This document shows, piece by piece, positions 13,172 to 26,642 of a DNA stretch of 64,000 bases. The stretch lies in assembly GCA_000165425.1 (NCBI GenBank), contig CT868452.1:124001-188000 (forward strand). Reading direction: 5' to 3'. Position 1 is the stretch's first letter, and every line of letters starts with the position of its first letter. The stretch comes from Paramecium tetraurelia. Its lineage: Eukaryota. The notes beneath the pieces are model-generated. The model did not search any database and was not told where the DNA came from. It worked only from the letters and a program-made list of their open reading frames with translations. The position numbers and the translations under genes were made by a program.

Positions 13172-13518
13172 ATGAGCAATGCAAATGTAAAGGACATTTT
13201 GAAAGATAAGAAAAAAGTGAGATTTGTAGCTGAAAGCGCATTTAAGTAAGTGGATAAGGATGGTAATTAAAACATTTATCTAAAACAAAGGTAGCGGATA
13301 CCTTGAAAGACCAGAACTGGAAGAAGTTATGAATAATGTAGCAGCTGATTTGGGAGTTGAAGTATCACAAATTAAAATAACTATAGCCACCTACAAGTGA
13401 AGAAATCGATGAAGTTTTAAAAGAATTAGATGAAAATGGAGATGGAAAATTATCAATTGATGAATTTTAAGTGTTAATTGAACAAGTACTTGAAATGATG
13501 GCTAAAGTTGAGGGTTGA
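13172..13518 (+). CDS. Small two-EF-hand calcium-binding protein
   Basis: AFKQVDKDGSGYLERPEL and LKELDENGDGKLSIDEF canonical EF-hand loops; two tiny introns. Confidence 0.9.
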
Positions 13519-13613
13519 TATTGATAATATTTACATTTCTAATTATTCAATTATATGTTGTAGTTCAAGTAATAATATCAAAAAATATATATGAAGAACT
13601 TTATAATTATTTT

Positions 13614-13667
13614 AAAATTGATACTTTAATAAAAATTAATGCTTTAATAAAAATTGATATTTATATT
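13614..13667. repeat. Degenerate 18-nt tandem repeat (about 3 copies) in intergenic DNA
   Basis: AAAATTGATACTTTAATA / AAAATTAATGCTTTAATA / AAAATTGATATTTATATT. Confidence 0.4.
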
Positions 13668-13794
13668 AAAAGTATGTTATGTTTAATAAATAAAATTTAT
13701 TATATTTGATGAGATTTATAAGTATCTTCTTTGAAATTTAAAACCAAATCTCTCTTTTCTTATATTCATAAATAAAATTATCAAACAAACTAAG

Positions 13795-14512
13795 ATGCCT
13801 TATTACCCAGGATACAATCCCTACAGTGCTCCTTTAGGGCAATCTTTAGCTTATCCAAACACGTATGCATAGCCTGTAGCTTATGCTCCTGTTCAATATG
13901 CTGCCCCAATAGCATAATCATTTGTTTAGCCTGTTGCAATCTAACCAGTTATGCAATAATCCTACGTACCCTAACCTGTAGCTGTCCAATAAGTCGTGGC
14001 TTAACCTGCTCAATAAACAATTCGTGGAGAATCAAGAGTGGAATATAGAGAATATCAGAGACAAGTCGTTGAAATGGAAACAGAAACAGTCTAAGTTTAA
14101 GTGCCAAAAACTAGATACGTGACAGATTATTATCCAATCGAATACCAAACAGAATACATTCCAAGGACTGTTTATGAACAACAAACAGAATACGTCCCAA
14201 TTACAAAAACAGTCCCTAGAGTAGAATATGAAGCAGTGGAAAGATAAGTTTAAAGAGTAAATCATTTTTTTATTTTAGCAATAATAAGTTGTGGTTTAGC
14301 AACCAGTCGTTTAATAGTATGTGCCATAGCCAACCTAATATGTACAATAGCCAATTGTTTAATCTGTTGTCCAAAACCCAGTTATACAACCTGTTGTCCA
14401 ACAACCAATTTCATATTCATAAGTTAGACCCGTTCAAAGTTATGTCCCTTCTGCGTATCCAGCTCATACGGCTTAATACCCAACAAATTATAGAAATTTC
14501 AGACCATTTTGA
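13795..14512 (+). CDS. EPI: Epiplasmin (ciliate membrane-skeleton protein)
   Basis: Pro/Val/Gln/Tyr-rich flanks around a central domain GESRVEYREYQRQVVE...YVTDYYPIEYQTEYIPRTVYEQQTEYVP...PRVEYEAVER; one intron. Confidence 0.85.
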
Positions 14513-14559
14513 GCTATTATGCCATTATATAAAATATAAATAATTTAACTTAATTTTAA

Positions 14560-14724
14560 ATGTAAGCTGCATTAGCTGAAGCAATTAAAGAGGAATAATT
14601 CATGCTGTGTTTCAAAGAAAGTAAAGAATAGGCCCACTTTTAACTGTGTATGGATCTATTCGAAAGGAGTAAAGCCATTTCTTAAAGAGCATTCGTCAGG
14701 TATGTCAGATCAAGAAAATAGTGA
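14560..14724 (+). CDS. 54-aa hypothetical protein, possibly small-Tim-like helical hairpin
   Basis: MQAALAEAIKEEQFMLCFKESKEQAHFQLCMDLFERSKAISQRAFVRYVRSRKQ*; a GC-richer island with a clean ATG and TGA inside AT-rich flanks. Confidence 0.5.
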
Positions 14725-14931
14725 AAATATTAAGAAATTTATGTTTAATTATCTATGTAAGAATTGATCTATTTTTCAATTGAAATTCTTCCTCGGAATA
14801 TTAAATATATCAAAAGTTAGTTCATACACCTACAAATTTCTATTTTAATTTTATTTTCTAATACGATTATATTAATATAATTTTCAGAAATTTTAGGGAG
14901 CTTATTATTATTAATGAAGTTAAATATAATA

Positions 14932-16469
14932 TCATATTTTTTTTCCCATCATTTCAACTCTGTTTGCTTGTTCTCTTAATCTATCCAGTTCTCTTTACTC
15001 ATCCTACTTTTATTCCATTCTCAGATCAACCTATCTCAGCTTTTCTCTAATTTGCTCTCTTTTATATTCTTCTAATTATTTTTAATGTTTTATAGCCTCT
15101 TATTAATCAATTTTTTTCTTTAGTTTCATATATGCTTGCTATTACTACATAGTTTCCTATTCATTCTTTACTTTTTCAATCTATCAATATACTAAAATAT
15201 TACTTTTTCATCTTGTTCTTAAATTTTTCTTAAATATATGTTTCTTTTTTCCTCCAATTATAACATATTCATTTTCTTGACTTTCTCTCTATGTTTAGCT
15301 CTTCTTTCTGCTTCTTCCAACATGAACTACTCCTTAGATTTTGATTGACTTCTCTATTGCAATCTTAATTAGATATCCATCTCCTTTTCCATAAATTCTC
15401 TCCTTACTTCTTCTTATTCATGTAACTTTACTTTAGCTGTATGCTTAATTTTTTCATTTTTAATTCTGTTTTTCTCTTCAATTGATAATTATCTTTCTTT
15501 TTATAATTCTTAAAATTTGTATTGTTTTTCTGCAATTTTTTCTTCTTTTTTTTAAAAATCCTCTCTTAGTTTATTCAAACCTTCAATTTGACTTCTTTTA
15601 GCTTCTCTTTGCCTTTCTTTGGCTGATTAAGCCCTTTTTTAAGCAATTTCTTTTTTTGATTCTTGCTATTGCCTAAAGAACATTTATCTTTTAATTTCTT
15701 ATTCCTCTTCTTCTTGTTTTCTAATTTAATATTCTTATTCTTTCTACTTTCCTTTCATTCTTTTTTCTCTTTCTAACTATTACTTTAGTTCCCTTTGTTA
15801 TTACTCTCTCATAGCAGCTTGTTCTCTTCTTTGCTGCTCTTCAAACTCTAATTGCATTTTTCTTTCTTATTCTCTTTCAAAATAGACTTACTATTATTAT
15901 CTATTTTTTCTTTATTCATCCAATTCTTTTTATCTTTTTTGTTTTGCAATATTTTCTTATTTCTCTTAAAACTCTTTTTACCTCTCCTCTTACATCCTTT
16001 TTCTCTTTTCCTCATATAACTACATCTTCTCTTCTCTTATTTAAGTCTACTCTTCTCTCTTCAACATCATCTCCTATAAATGTCTTTATCTTAGCTCCTC
16101 CATCTATTTTCTCTTCTATACTTGATCCATAAATTTAGATGTAGTAGTGCTACTTGCTGGTCGAAGCAGTTTCAAACTGCATGTACTTTATTCGATCTTA
16201 TTTCTTTTTTCCTTTTCAATTAAAGCCTCCCTATCCCTTATTAATGCATAGACTTTTTATTGTCTACGATATTCAAAGTGTTTATGGAAATCATCCAAAT
16301 TCTCATTTGTTAATGATTTCTCTTTTTTCATCATAGCCGAAAGTTAATCTTTATTAACACACAGTAACTCATTTTGAGCAATCCCTCTTTGCCTCATAAC
16401 TTAATTTGAGCGAGGACTGTCTATTATGCAATTTCTGTCAGCAGGATTGAAATTAATTAAGGATATCAT
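14932..16469 (-). CDS. Coiled-coil E/K/Q/R-rich (trichohyalin-like) protein
   Basis: MISLINFNPADRNCIIDSPRS... followed by a long charged helical region ending EQRELDRLREQANRVEMMGKKI*. Confidence 0.75.
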
Positions 16470-16676
16470 TATTTTTACTTAGTTCTTTAACTAATTAATA
16501 AAACTTACTTTTTAAAATTATTCAATTTTTCCTCGATTGCTTAAGAAACTCAATCAATTATAAGAAAAAGAATGAAATTTATTGAAATTTCAGAAAATCT
16601 TTAATACACTTTAAAACTAAAAAAATTTCTTATTTAAGATAACATATTATTTTTTCTGTTTTATATGATAATTGTT

Positions 16677-18721
16677 TCATTTCTCTTCTATGGATTTTAA
16701 AATTGACATCAGATATTTAAGTCCTCCCATAATATTATTATCCATTTCTGCTTCTGGATTTTCAGAATCATCAGACAAATTCATTACATAATTGAAGTCA
16801 ATCCATTTGATTTGATACTTTTTGGAAATGTTATCCACAATGATTAAAATTGATGTACTTCGAAACAATCTAATTCAATCTAATATATGTATACCTCTTG
16901 CTGGTTTGAAGAGCCTCAATTAATTCCTAGATAAAATTAATGCATCCTTAGAGTGCTTCTCTATTAGGTTACTCAACTTGATTTGATTTAAAAACCTATT
17001 CAATGATATCTTTCATTTTTTAATCATTTGTTATCCAATTATAAGCTTCAGAACCATTCTTGTTGATCGTTAAAACTCCATTTTGATCTCTTATTTTAAT
17101 ACCAGCTGCTCTAAAACCCATCAATACTTGATCACATAGACTAGCCTTTTTTATTTCTTTTTCTTTTTTTTCTTGTGTACAATTTGGATGATATGTTTTG
17201 TAGCCTATTTTTAAGTCCAATATTGATCCATTTTCTAGTCCATAAGTTAAATTTTCCTAAATTAGATATAATAAAATACCATCGAAATAGTACAAGCTTT
17301 TTCATCTAGTGATATTAATTTAGGTAAGAATTTAATTAGCCTTTTATTTTCGTCATAATATGGATTATTAAGGTTAGTTAACGTAGAATAGAATTAGTAT
17401 TCTTGCTTTTTTGTAGTTTTAATAATGATATTATCTTTAATCTGGAAAGCTTATAAATGTCCCCCTGAAATTAAATTGACTGTTTCTCCTAAAAACTGTT
17501 TTTAATATTCCAATAATTCTTTTGAAGAGAGACATGTCCAAAATTATTTATGTTTATCTACAGTTGTTTACACTGCATTAATTCCACATTATCCAGGTTG
17601 AATAATGGCTGGAAACTATTTAGGTACTCCTAATAATTATTCAAAGGTAGCGAGAGCACATTAAGCTGTGATATCAAGATTGTATCCGCCTTCAAGAACA
17701 GCCAAGACTCTAGGGCATAATTATTATAACTTTTCAGTCATATATTAATACCCTTATGGAGTATTATTAATACCGCCAAGAGGATCTCCCTTTGCTGAAT
17801 CATAACCAGCACTTATGATAATGAAATCTGGACCGAATTCCTTTATTATAGGACCTAATAATCTATCATATGCATAGACATAGTCATCATAACCTGGAGC
17901 ATCGTTATCTTTTACATTCCAGCCAACATTCCAACCGACATTAATATTTTTATATTCTGCATCTTTTCTTCCTATCTTTACAGGATCTCCACTACCAGGA
18001 TAGAAACTACCACCATCATATCTATGAATAGATATCACCAAGGTATTTGGATCTTCATAAAATATGGACTCTGTTCCATCACAATGATGAACATCCCAAT
18101 CAAAGATAACAATTTTATTGACATTGTATTTTGCTCTTGCATATTTTGCAGCAACAGCAACATTGTTATAAACACAAAAACCATTTGGTTTGTTTTTATG
18201 TCCACTGTGATGGCCAGGGGGTCGAACACTACAGAATCCATTTCTCCATTCTGCTTTCAGTATCTTATCAACTCCTTCCAATACTGCTTATACACATTTC
18301 CTAGCAGTCACGGCTGATGTTTTACATAGATATGTGTCATCAAAGTACTTGACATCTTTTGTTAACTATTCATTCCCAACAGCATTGAATAGTCCTTCTA
18401 CAAAATCTATATATTTTTCATCATGAACTAATCTCAAATGGTTTATATCACTTAAATAATTAACTAAACTGAATACCACTATTCAAATTATGACAACTAT
18501 TCTACTTTGTTCTTTAAATCTTTTGATGATAGATAATTTTAAATAGTTTTATCTATAGATTAAGTTCTTTATGGATTCTCACAGTGCTCTTTTGCTGAGA
18601 AATGGTTGTCAAATTCTTCACAGTGAATGAACCCCGTGATATATGTTTCTATAGTGAGTTTAGAGAACTCTTCCTAGATTTATTACATTGATAAATATTG
18701 AATTGAATAATAAGTGCTCAT
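16677..18721 (-). CDS. Class II-type histone deacetylase fused to a C-terminal inositol polyphosphate kinase (IPK) domain (Thd2-like)
   Basis: HDAC motifs HCENPQR, RPPGHH, GFCVYNNVAVAA, DWDVHHCDGT, SAGYD and VLEGGY run in frame into IPK motifs ISGGH, ENLT..SILDLKIG, GFRAAGI, STSIL and WIDF. Confidence 0.92.
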
Positions 18722-19300
18722 TCTTTTTATTTATAAATGGGGGGTAAATCTTTTAAAAAGATATTTAAATTATTAAATATAATTTTTCTTCCCCCTCATA
18801 CAATTTAAAACATATTTAATTAACTAACAAAAAGTAATAATATAATTTCAATCTTAGTTCACCGTAACCAGAAGAAGTAATTGTCTTCAAATTTCCAACA
18901 TATTTATATGATCTATAGAGAATTATCTTTGAAAAAAATAAATATCGAATTTACAATTTAAATGCAGTCTGCAGAATTGTAATTTGGTATAATTAAGAAT
19001 CTTTTAATTAAGTTATCCTAAAACCCTAAATAGTCATATATTTATACTCTATATTGTCTTCGATCTTGTAATCAACTCAGAGCATTCAATTTTTAAATCC
19101 TTAGTCATTACATCCTTATACTTCCCTTCATCTCTAAGGATTTGCGAAGGTCGATAGGATGTGAGAAGTCTTAAGCGTTTTCAACTGACTCTTTTAGCAA
19201 TCTGATAATGATATGCATCCAGGATCTTTTATCTAAAATTTCATTGTGTATTAGTATAATTAATGTGGATATTAATAATTAAATATATATTGTACAAATT

Positions 19301-20870
19301 TCAAGAAACTACTCTAATAAATTCTTTGCTTGGAATCTATTCTAATCTATCCAACAATTTAGTTTCAAACTTTTTCTTTTCCTTCTCAGCTCTTTTAACT
19401 CTTAGAGCATCTGATAACATTTCTTACCATTTAACTTATTATTTCTAATCTCTCTCTAATTCCTTGAGTTTCTCTCTTTTTCCAATTTTGTTTCTAAAAT
19501 AATTGTATGAAATTTATACCTTCCTCTCATCTTTTTCTTTTGCTTCTTAATCTTTTTTGCTGCCTGTTCTTCAATTTATTTTTTTTATTCTTTTTCTATT
19601 ATCATTTTTGAAGTTCTATCAATTGTACCAATTCGATGTGATTAAAGAGAAATAGACTCTGGTGGCAACTATAAAATTAAATTTCATTAATAGTATACTT
19701 TTTCAAGTAATTATCTGACATTGGTTTCTAACCTTTGTTTTTTATTTTGTAATTCTGGTTATTCATATGTATCAAAGAATGCTTCACCACTTTCTGGTAC
19801 TACTGTTTATTCATAACTATCGAAGGTACTCATTGCTAAATAGTCTTCATGTTTGATGAAATCAATATCACAAATCATTGAAGAAGCCTTATATCTTAAA
19901 TAGGGTGTTTTTAAGTCGCCAATTAAACAGTTCTTCCACATAATGACATCTGTTCCTCTCCCTGCGGCTAATACTCCTTTATCACTTAATGCTAAGTTAG
20001 TTGCATTGACAGCCACTTGAGATTATAATTTTTAAGTTCTAAGATCCCAGACCTTAACTGTTCCTTCTGATCCAGTTGTTATTAAGTGATTGCCATCTCG
20101 AGAGAAAGTCATAGACATCACTCCTCCTTTATGACACAACATGGATGTAAGTGAAGTCCCAGTATTAGGAGCGTACATTCTTACTACTCCCATTTGGTCT
20201 CCTATTCCTAATATTGCATTGTTATTGTTTTATTTTAAACATAAAGGTGATGGAGTAGTTCTATAAGCTATAATCTTTCAATATTTTACTTGATATTATT
20301 TTTCCTTAAGTTATATCCTAATAGGTCAATTATCCATTTTAATTGAGGGCAGCCAACAAAAAGTGATAGGGCAAATACTCTAATTTGGTGGCTTATTTGC
20401 ATTCTCGAATTTTATGGACTTCAACTCCTTTTGGATCGTAAATGTAGATGCAACTTTTTTGGGCTACTGCAAAATTTCTTTGGGCAATAGAAATTATGTC
20501 ATAACATTTCTCTTTAACATCGAATTCACATTCTAATTATTTGTGTCTCCAATTAAAAGCAGCAATGTGACCAGATTCCCCTGCCAAATATGTGGTTTAA
20601 GGTGTCATTGAAAGCTTATATGGCCCTGATTTTAATTTTAGATTGATGATCTTGTTTTAATGATATAAGTTCTACATTTTGCACATTCTCTTCAGGTAAA
20701 TAATCCTTAAAATTAGAAATCTTTAATAAAGGCCTTTCATCATCTATTTCTACACTCTATTAAAACTAAGGCTCAAGTAATTAAGCTATTTTTTATGTCT
20801 TCAATTAAGTCGATTTGGTTTTGAATTCCTATTACTTAAGCTTAGCAGAAAGTATTTTATCCTTTGCCAT
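19301..20870 (-). CDS. WDR46: WD-repeat SSU processome protein WDR46/Utp7 (BING4CT domain)
   Basis: GPYKL, GHIAAFNWR, FAVAQK..IYIYD..GVEVH, LEYLPYHFLL, WDLR and C-terminal LETNVRQLLEKLPPESISL. Confidence 0.88.
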
Positions 20871-21024
20871 TTCACAAATTAAAAATATATATAATTATTA
20901 AATTAACTTAGCAATTTATATTTATGTACATAGTTCTTTAAATGATGTATAAATTGTGATAAATTCAACAATAACCATGTAATATAGATGTATCTGATAA
21001 ATATTTTAATGAAATTCATATATT

Positions 21025-23799
21025 TCATAATTCTAACAATGGGGTTAAGATCTCTTGTAATTATGGCTACTCATCAACCAGCTTATTTAATGCACTCTTG
21101 ATATTATTAGTGAAATTCTTTTATTCCTCAAGTTTCCTAATAATAAAACTCAAATTTACTATCTAATTTATTGTTCAGGAAAAGGTAGTCTTGGATTATT
21201 TAGCAATTCCTCATATTTTCTAGCTTAGCATTATAATTGGCTTATTTTAAATAAATTCAAATGTTTCTCATTTTTTGCGTAGTATAATCTTTACTTATTC
21301 TCATAAGTCTCTTATTCCATTTATTATTATTTTTATGTGGCTTCCTAGATTTATTATTGGAGCTAGAGGTATATTCAATAAATATTACATTTTCAAGTTG
21401 TTCTTCTTATGCATTAATTCCTTGTTCAATCTTTTATCCATTCATTAGAGGTTTAATTTAATGTGTTCTTTAGTGTTTGTATTTATTTGTTAACTTATGA
21501 TGTGTTATTGCTTGCTTAAACAGGAGGTAGTTTGAGATCTTTTGTTCCTGAGGAGGATTTATCTTTGTTGAGATACTTCAATTGGATAGTCTCTCTCTTA
21601 AAAACAGTTCTCTCCATCTCTTTTATGATTTACTCTTAACTCTTCTTTTGTTCCTTTTATCTAAGTTCCATTTTATGTATTTCTTTTTGTAATAGCTTTA
21701 ATTCACTTTGACCAACATTTGGATCCAAAGCTTCTTGCATTTCTTTTTCCAATTAAATCTTTCTTTCCCATAATAAGATTTACTTTTCTGCCTCCATAAT
21801 GTCATTTAATAAATCTGCTTTGCTATCCTTTAATTTATCAATTTAGACTTCATATCTAACAGCTTCCTTCTCCAATTCTTTCAACTTCTCAAGAAATTCA
21901 CTCTAAATATGATTATTTTCATTTGTTAATTTTTCTTATTTAAATTAGTATCTTGCTAAATCATCATTTAATTTATTCATATCATTTTACAGATTTTTAA
22001 GACTATTTTTGATTTCTCTTATTTCTCTTTCATGAGATCTGTATTAAGAATTTAATCTCATTTTTTTATTTTCCAAAATAACTTGTTTATTTGATAATTC
22101 ATCAACCTCTGTGGAACATGTTTCATACTCTTTAGTTTTTTCAACCAACTAAGTTTGCTTCTTGATCCAATCTCTGTGCATGGCTTCACATTACTGAATC
22201 ATTTCATCGAATTGTCTTTTTAGATTAGACTTTGTTGCTTCTAAAGGTCCTCTGCTGACTTCTGAAGAGTTGTTTGTCAATTCATCATGAACCTTGTTTA
22301 ATCTACCAACTTCATGTTATTTTTTTTCATTCAATTCATGACCCTATTTGATTTAGACTTCATAAGTTGCAACAGTAATTTTCTTATCATCTCTTTCTTT
22401 AATAACTGCAGCCTTTTTTAATTTTAATTATTCAATCTATTATTCTGTATTTAATTGATCAATTTTAACTCTAGCAATTTCATTATTAAGATTTTCTAAT
22501 TCAAATTGTCCTTCTCCTCAATTTCAGCTTAGATTATTTGGGCCTGCTTCAATAAATTCAAGGCAGTTTTTTCGATGGTAGTATTTTCGCTCTTTGAATC
22601 TAATAAGTCTTCCAATAAGCTTTTAGTTTCAGTATGTAATTTCATAATATTAGTTTCAATCAATTTCATCTATTCATCCACATTTCTTTATTCATTGTCA
22701 GTCTTTTTGGTTTCATTTTTCTGGTTTATTTAGAAGATTCATTTTAATAAAAGTACTTGGGCATTGAGTTTAGCCTACTCTTCAAGCAATTCTTGTCTCC
22801 TATTTTCTAAATTGGATTTTTGATTTTCCAATTTTCTTTTCATAGCTATCAAATCTTCTGATCTCGTATTTTCCTTTCTAATTTCATTATTAATTCCTTA
22901 GAGTTCAGTTCCTAATTAGATATTGACTTCTGATTCTTTTCTATTGTGATATTTAAATAACCATACTTATAGGCTTCTCTGATTTCTTATAAAGCGTTGT
23001 CCATTCTCTACATCCTGACTAAACTCTTCTACCATCTTTCCATAAGGTTCTTTTTAGATGCAATAATCTTTTCCATCTCAGCTTGAGCATCCTTCATTGT
23101 TTACCTAGCATTTTCAGTTTCCTTGCTTTGAGATATTAATTGATCCATCAATATTGTCTTTTGTTCTGTCAATCTCTTAATTTCTTCATTCATTTAATCA
23201 ATCAAGTAATCTTATTTTTTCTTATCCTTCTCCAATCCTTACACATTTTCTTCTCCTCTATAAACAATTCGTCTAGTCTATTAGATTTCTGCTTGCATCT
23301 AATTATTATAGTTCTCTATGGTGTGCAAAGTTTTTGTAAGTTTCGATAATTCATCTTGAGCTTTTAGATATTTTTTTCTAAGCTCGTCTACTTCTTTCTT
23401 CTTTTACAAGTGGAGGTCATTAATGGTTTTCAGTTTCTGCTCGCTCTCAATTCTCAATTTTTATACAAAATTAAAGTTTTCATGTGCTTTTTCGAAATTT
23501 TATTAATTCTCTGCTAACTATTATTATACACCATATAATCTAACACCTTTTATATTAATAATTTCAAGTACCAATATCTTCCTTTTCTCTATCAAGCTTT
23601 TTTAGTTAATCTTCCACTTCCACAAGTTCTAATTCTACTCTTGAATGCTCATCATCCAATTATTTTTGTAATGCAATTTGCAAACGGGCCAGCAAATGCT
23701 AATCTAATCGGATAAACAATTTACATGGTCTGCTGGTAAGAATGCCATTGGATCTTCCTCCAAATTCACTTAATCATCATTATTTTCATTGTCTGCCAT
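21025..23799 (-). CDS. CCDC40: CCDC40/FAP172 axonemal ruler coiled-coil protein (apparent frameshift near 22510)
   Basis: LPADH..LARLQIALQKQL, IGVRLYGVQQQLA, NEIARVKIDQLN, GPLE and ILLWERKIQLEKEMQEALDPNVGQ motifs. Confidence 0.85.
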
Positions 23800-23882
23800 T
23801 TTAAATAATAAAATATTAATAAATACAATAAGAGTATTAACAGTTGTAAAATTTAGTTTCTGAAATCCAATATTATTAATAA

Positions 23883-24918
23883 ATGAACAAAAATAGCATC
23901 AATAAGAATGGATGCACTCAATCACCCACTTTACATCAACTAATAACTTACATACTTTATTTTCCAAACATACTCAACTGTTTTTTCCTAATATCTTTAC
24001 TTGATTACTATGTATATTGATTTATCAAATTTAGGCAATTCACTTCACCATTTTAGGTATCTTAACTTTGATGTCTATAATTTCTAGTGTGAAAACTACT
24101 TTGAGTCGTCCCATTGATTAGTTTATAATTTAACAATATAAGGCGCAAGTTTAAGGGTAAGTTTGATCTTTATTTTCAGATAACATTTTGACAATGGAAG
24201 CAATAAATTAGAGTCATTTTGTGAAATATGCAATGCCTATGTATAGGAGAACACTAAACATTGCAGAAATTGTGACAGGTAAGCCTCATAATAATCAGTA
24301 TTAGATGTTGTTAGGGTTTTGATCATCACTGTAAATGGATAAATAATTGTGTAGGAAATCTCAATTATAATCTTTTCATCTTTATGATTACTTCAACTTT
24401 GTTTCTCTTCATGTACACAATGCTCATCTACATCTCTATCATAGTGTTGTATCAAACAAATTATGAGACACTTCTCATAGACAATGAATTATAGAAATTT
24501 GTACAATTTTATCATATTTTTGAAAGCATTTTACAAAAGAAAATGATCTCAACGTGAAATACATATTATCCATAGTAATGCTAGGGGACTCCACATTAAT
24601 TGTGATTTTAATGTTGCAATTACTTCTCTTTCACATTTATTTGATCATAAAAGGCACAACAACTTATGATTTCATAATGAAAAGCCAATTCAAAAAAATA
24701 CTGCCTCAATTTCAAATAGGACCTTAAACTTTTCAGAATGCATCTAAAACTACCTAAAAAGTGATTCATGAAATATATGGATTAGCTAAGAAAAATACAT
24801 TGTATCTTTTTCATTTATTATTTTTAGAGTTGAGATCACTTAAAATTAACATAAAATGATTCCAGATAAACAAACAATTCAAGATGAAACTATCATAGAA
24901 AATCAAATTTAGGCATGA
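23883..24918 (+). CDS. DHHC palmitoyl acyltransferase
   Basis: [42 protein letters not shown], flanking TM helices and GTTTYDF motif. Confidence 0.92.
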
Positions 24919-25075
24919 TATTCGTAGTATTATCCATAAAGATATGAATATTTATATTAACTATTCATTGATTCTCTTTCCCTATCATCTTTTAAGTTGT
25001 TATTTAGACTTACTTGAGTCTTTAATAAGAAAATTAATTAAAAGGTCATTTAATTTTAATTTAATTAAATAATTA

Positions 25076-25974
25076 ATGTTAAATAGCTCGTTATATTAAT
25101 CGCCATAAACAAAAAATTTGAAAAGTGTCGTTGCTCCCCAATCCTCAATAACAGATAGGAATGGTAATTGATGATTTAAAACAAATAGTTTCCCCTAGCA
25201 GAGCCAAGATAGCTTAGCTTAGTGAAAAGTTATCAGGATTACAGATTGAAGAGGATAAAACATTGAAAAAGGAAACTTATGAATCGAAGTTGAAGCTTTT
25301 TGATGAGAAATTTTAAAAGGCTTATTAAAATGATTTAAGCAGACTCAAAATTGTTCAAGACCAATTAAGCAAAATTGAAGAAGGATTAACTAACGAAAAA
25401 ATAATTAGAGATGTTTGAATTCAAATTTAATTTATAGTCAAGGGATGATAATTTTAAGTAGAGAGACCTAAAGGGTTTAGAGCAGAATATAGTTAAGGAA
25501 TTACAAAAAGATAAAGCATTGAGAAGAGAATCAGAATAGAAAGTGGCCAGATTAATTGATGAAAAGTCCTATTAATTCAGACTGGAATTGGCCAAATAAA
25601 AAAAAATGAGAGAGGAAACAGAAGAATAGTATTCTAATGAAATCGGAGAAAGAGTCTTAAACTTAGCAGAAGATGTGTAAAATGAAAGAAGAGAAAGGTA
25701 TTTCTAATAAAAATTAATTCTTAGAGAAGCTGCATGTTAAGAACTAATTAGAAGATTTGGAGAATCTGTGTTTTAAATACAGGAGACATTGACTAAGGAG
25801 AAACGATAAAGACAGGAATCTCAATCTTAGATGTATAGAATGATAGATGAGATGAATAATATTTTACATTTATAGTTATAAGAAGAGAAAGCTCAAAGAG
25901 AAGCTACGGAAGAAACTATGCTTCGACTATTGGATGAGACATGTAACAGAGTTGAGAACTCTCTAAGAAGATGA
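25076..25974 (+). CDS. SF-assemblin/beta-giardin family striated-fibre protein
   Basis: Short Pro/Ser head (SPSRAKIAQLSEKLSGLQ), coiled-coil rod and C-terminal EEKAQREATEETMLRLLDETCNRV; three tiny introns. Confidence 0.8.
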
Positions 25975-26034
25975 TGAGATTTCTATTATATAGTTAATTA
26001 CATTATTATAAATAGTGAATATTTAATAGTATAC

Positions 26035-26460
26035 TCAACTTTATACGCCATTTAATAGTCGAAGACCAAGTTTAAAAAATAATTAATCTTCTTCGTCAGA
26101 TATTTAATTCAAATTTTCAATGAAATGATTAGGTTATTCAATTAAAGGCATTTCAGCTTCTTTGGAGGATACTTAATAGACGTTTTTATTGATTTATTTC
26201 TATTTTTTACTTTCTAACTCTATGCCTTAATCATTAGTCTTATTTTTAAAATTTGAATTATCAATAGCCGAAGTGTTCCGATCAAAATAAGAAATAAGCC
26301 ATGATTTTGATCCAAAAGTATAATCATGAGTTTTATTTAATTATTTTTTGTTCTTTCTTTTTTTTGAAGTTTTTTATTTTGCGATAGAATATAACAAATA
26401 AGCACAAGAAATAGCAGTAACTCCATAAAAGATCTATTGTTAAGTGTATTACATAAGCAT
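26035..26460 (-). CDS. Hypothetical protein with N-terminal membrane anchor
   Basis: Intron-less ORF MLMQYTQQQIFYGVTAISCAYLLYSIAKQKTSKKRK...LGLRLLNGVQS*. Confidence 0.6.
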
Positions 26461-26642
26461 GTATGTAATGAGAATGAATATAAATATTAAATTGTATGAT
26501 AAGAATTAATCTTTAATTAATATCTATATATATAGAATTTCAACATATTCTGTTTTAATCTAATCAATAATATAAGGAGTTATTTAATTGATAAAATAAT
26601 TATAAGGCTTGTTCTCATATTTTTAATCATAAGAAGATGTTC

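Noticed and set aside
19016..19031. CCTAAAACCCTAAA as an internal telomeric repeat
   Set aside because: Only about two units, and it does not match the Paramecium G4T2/G3T3 repeats.
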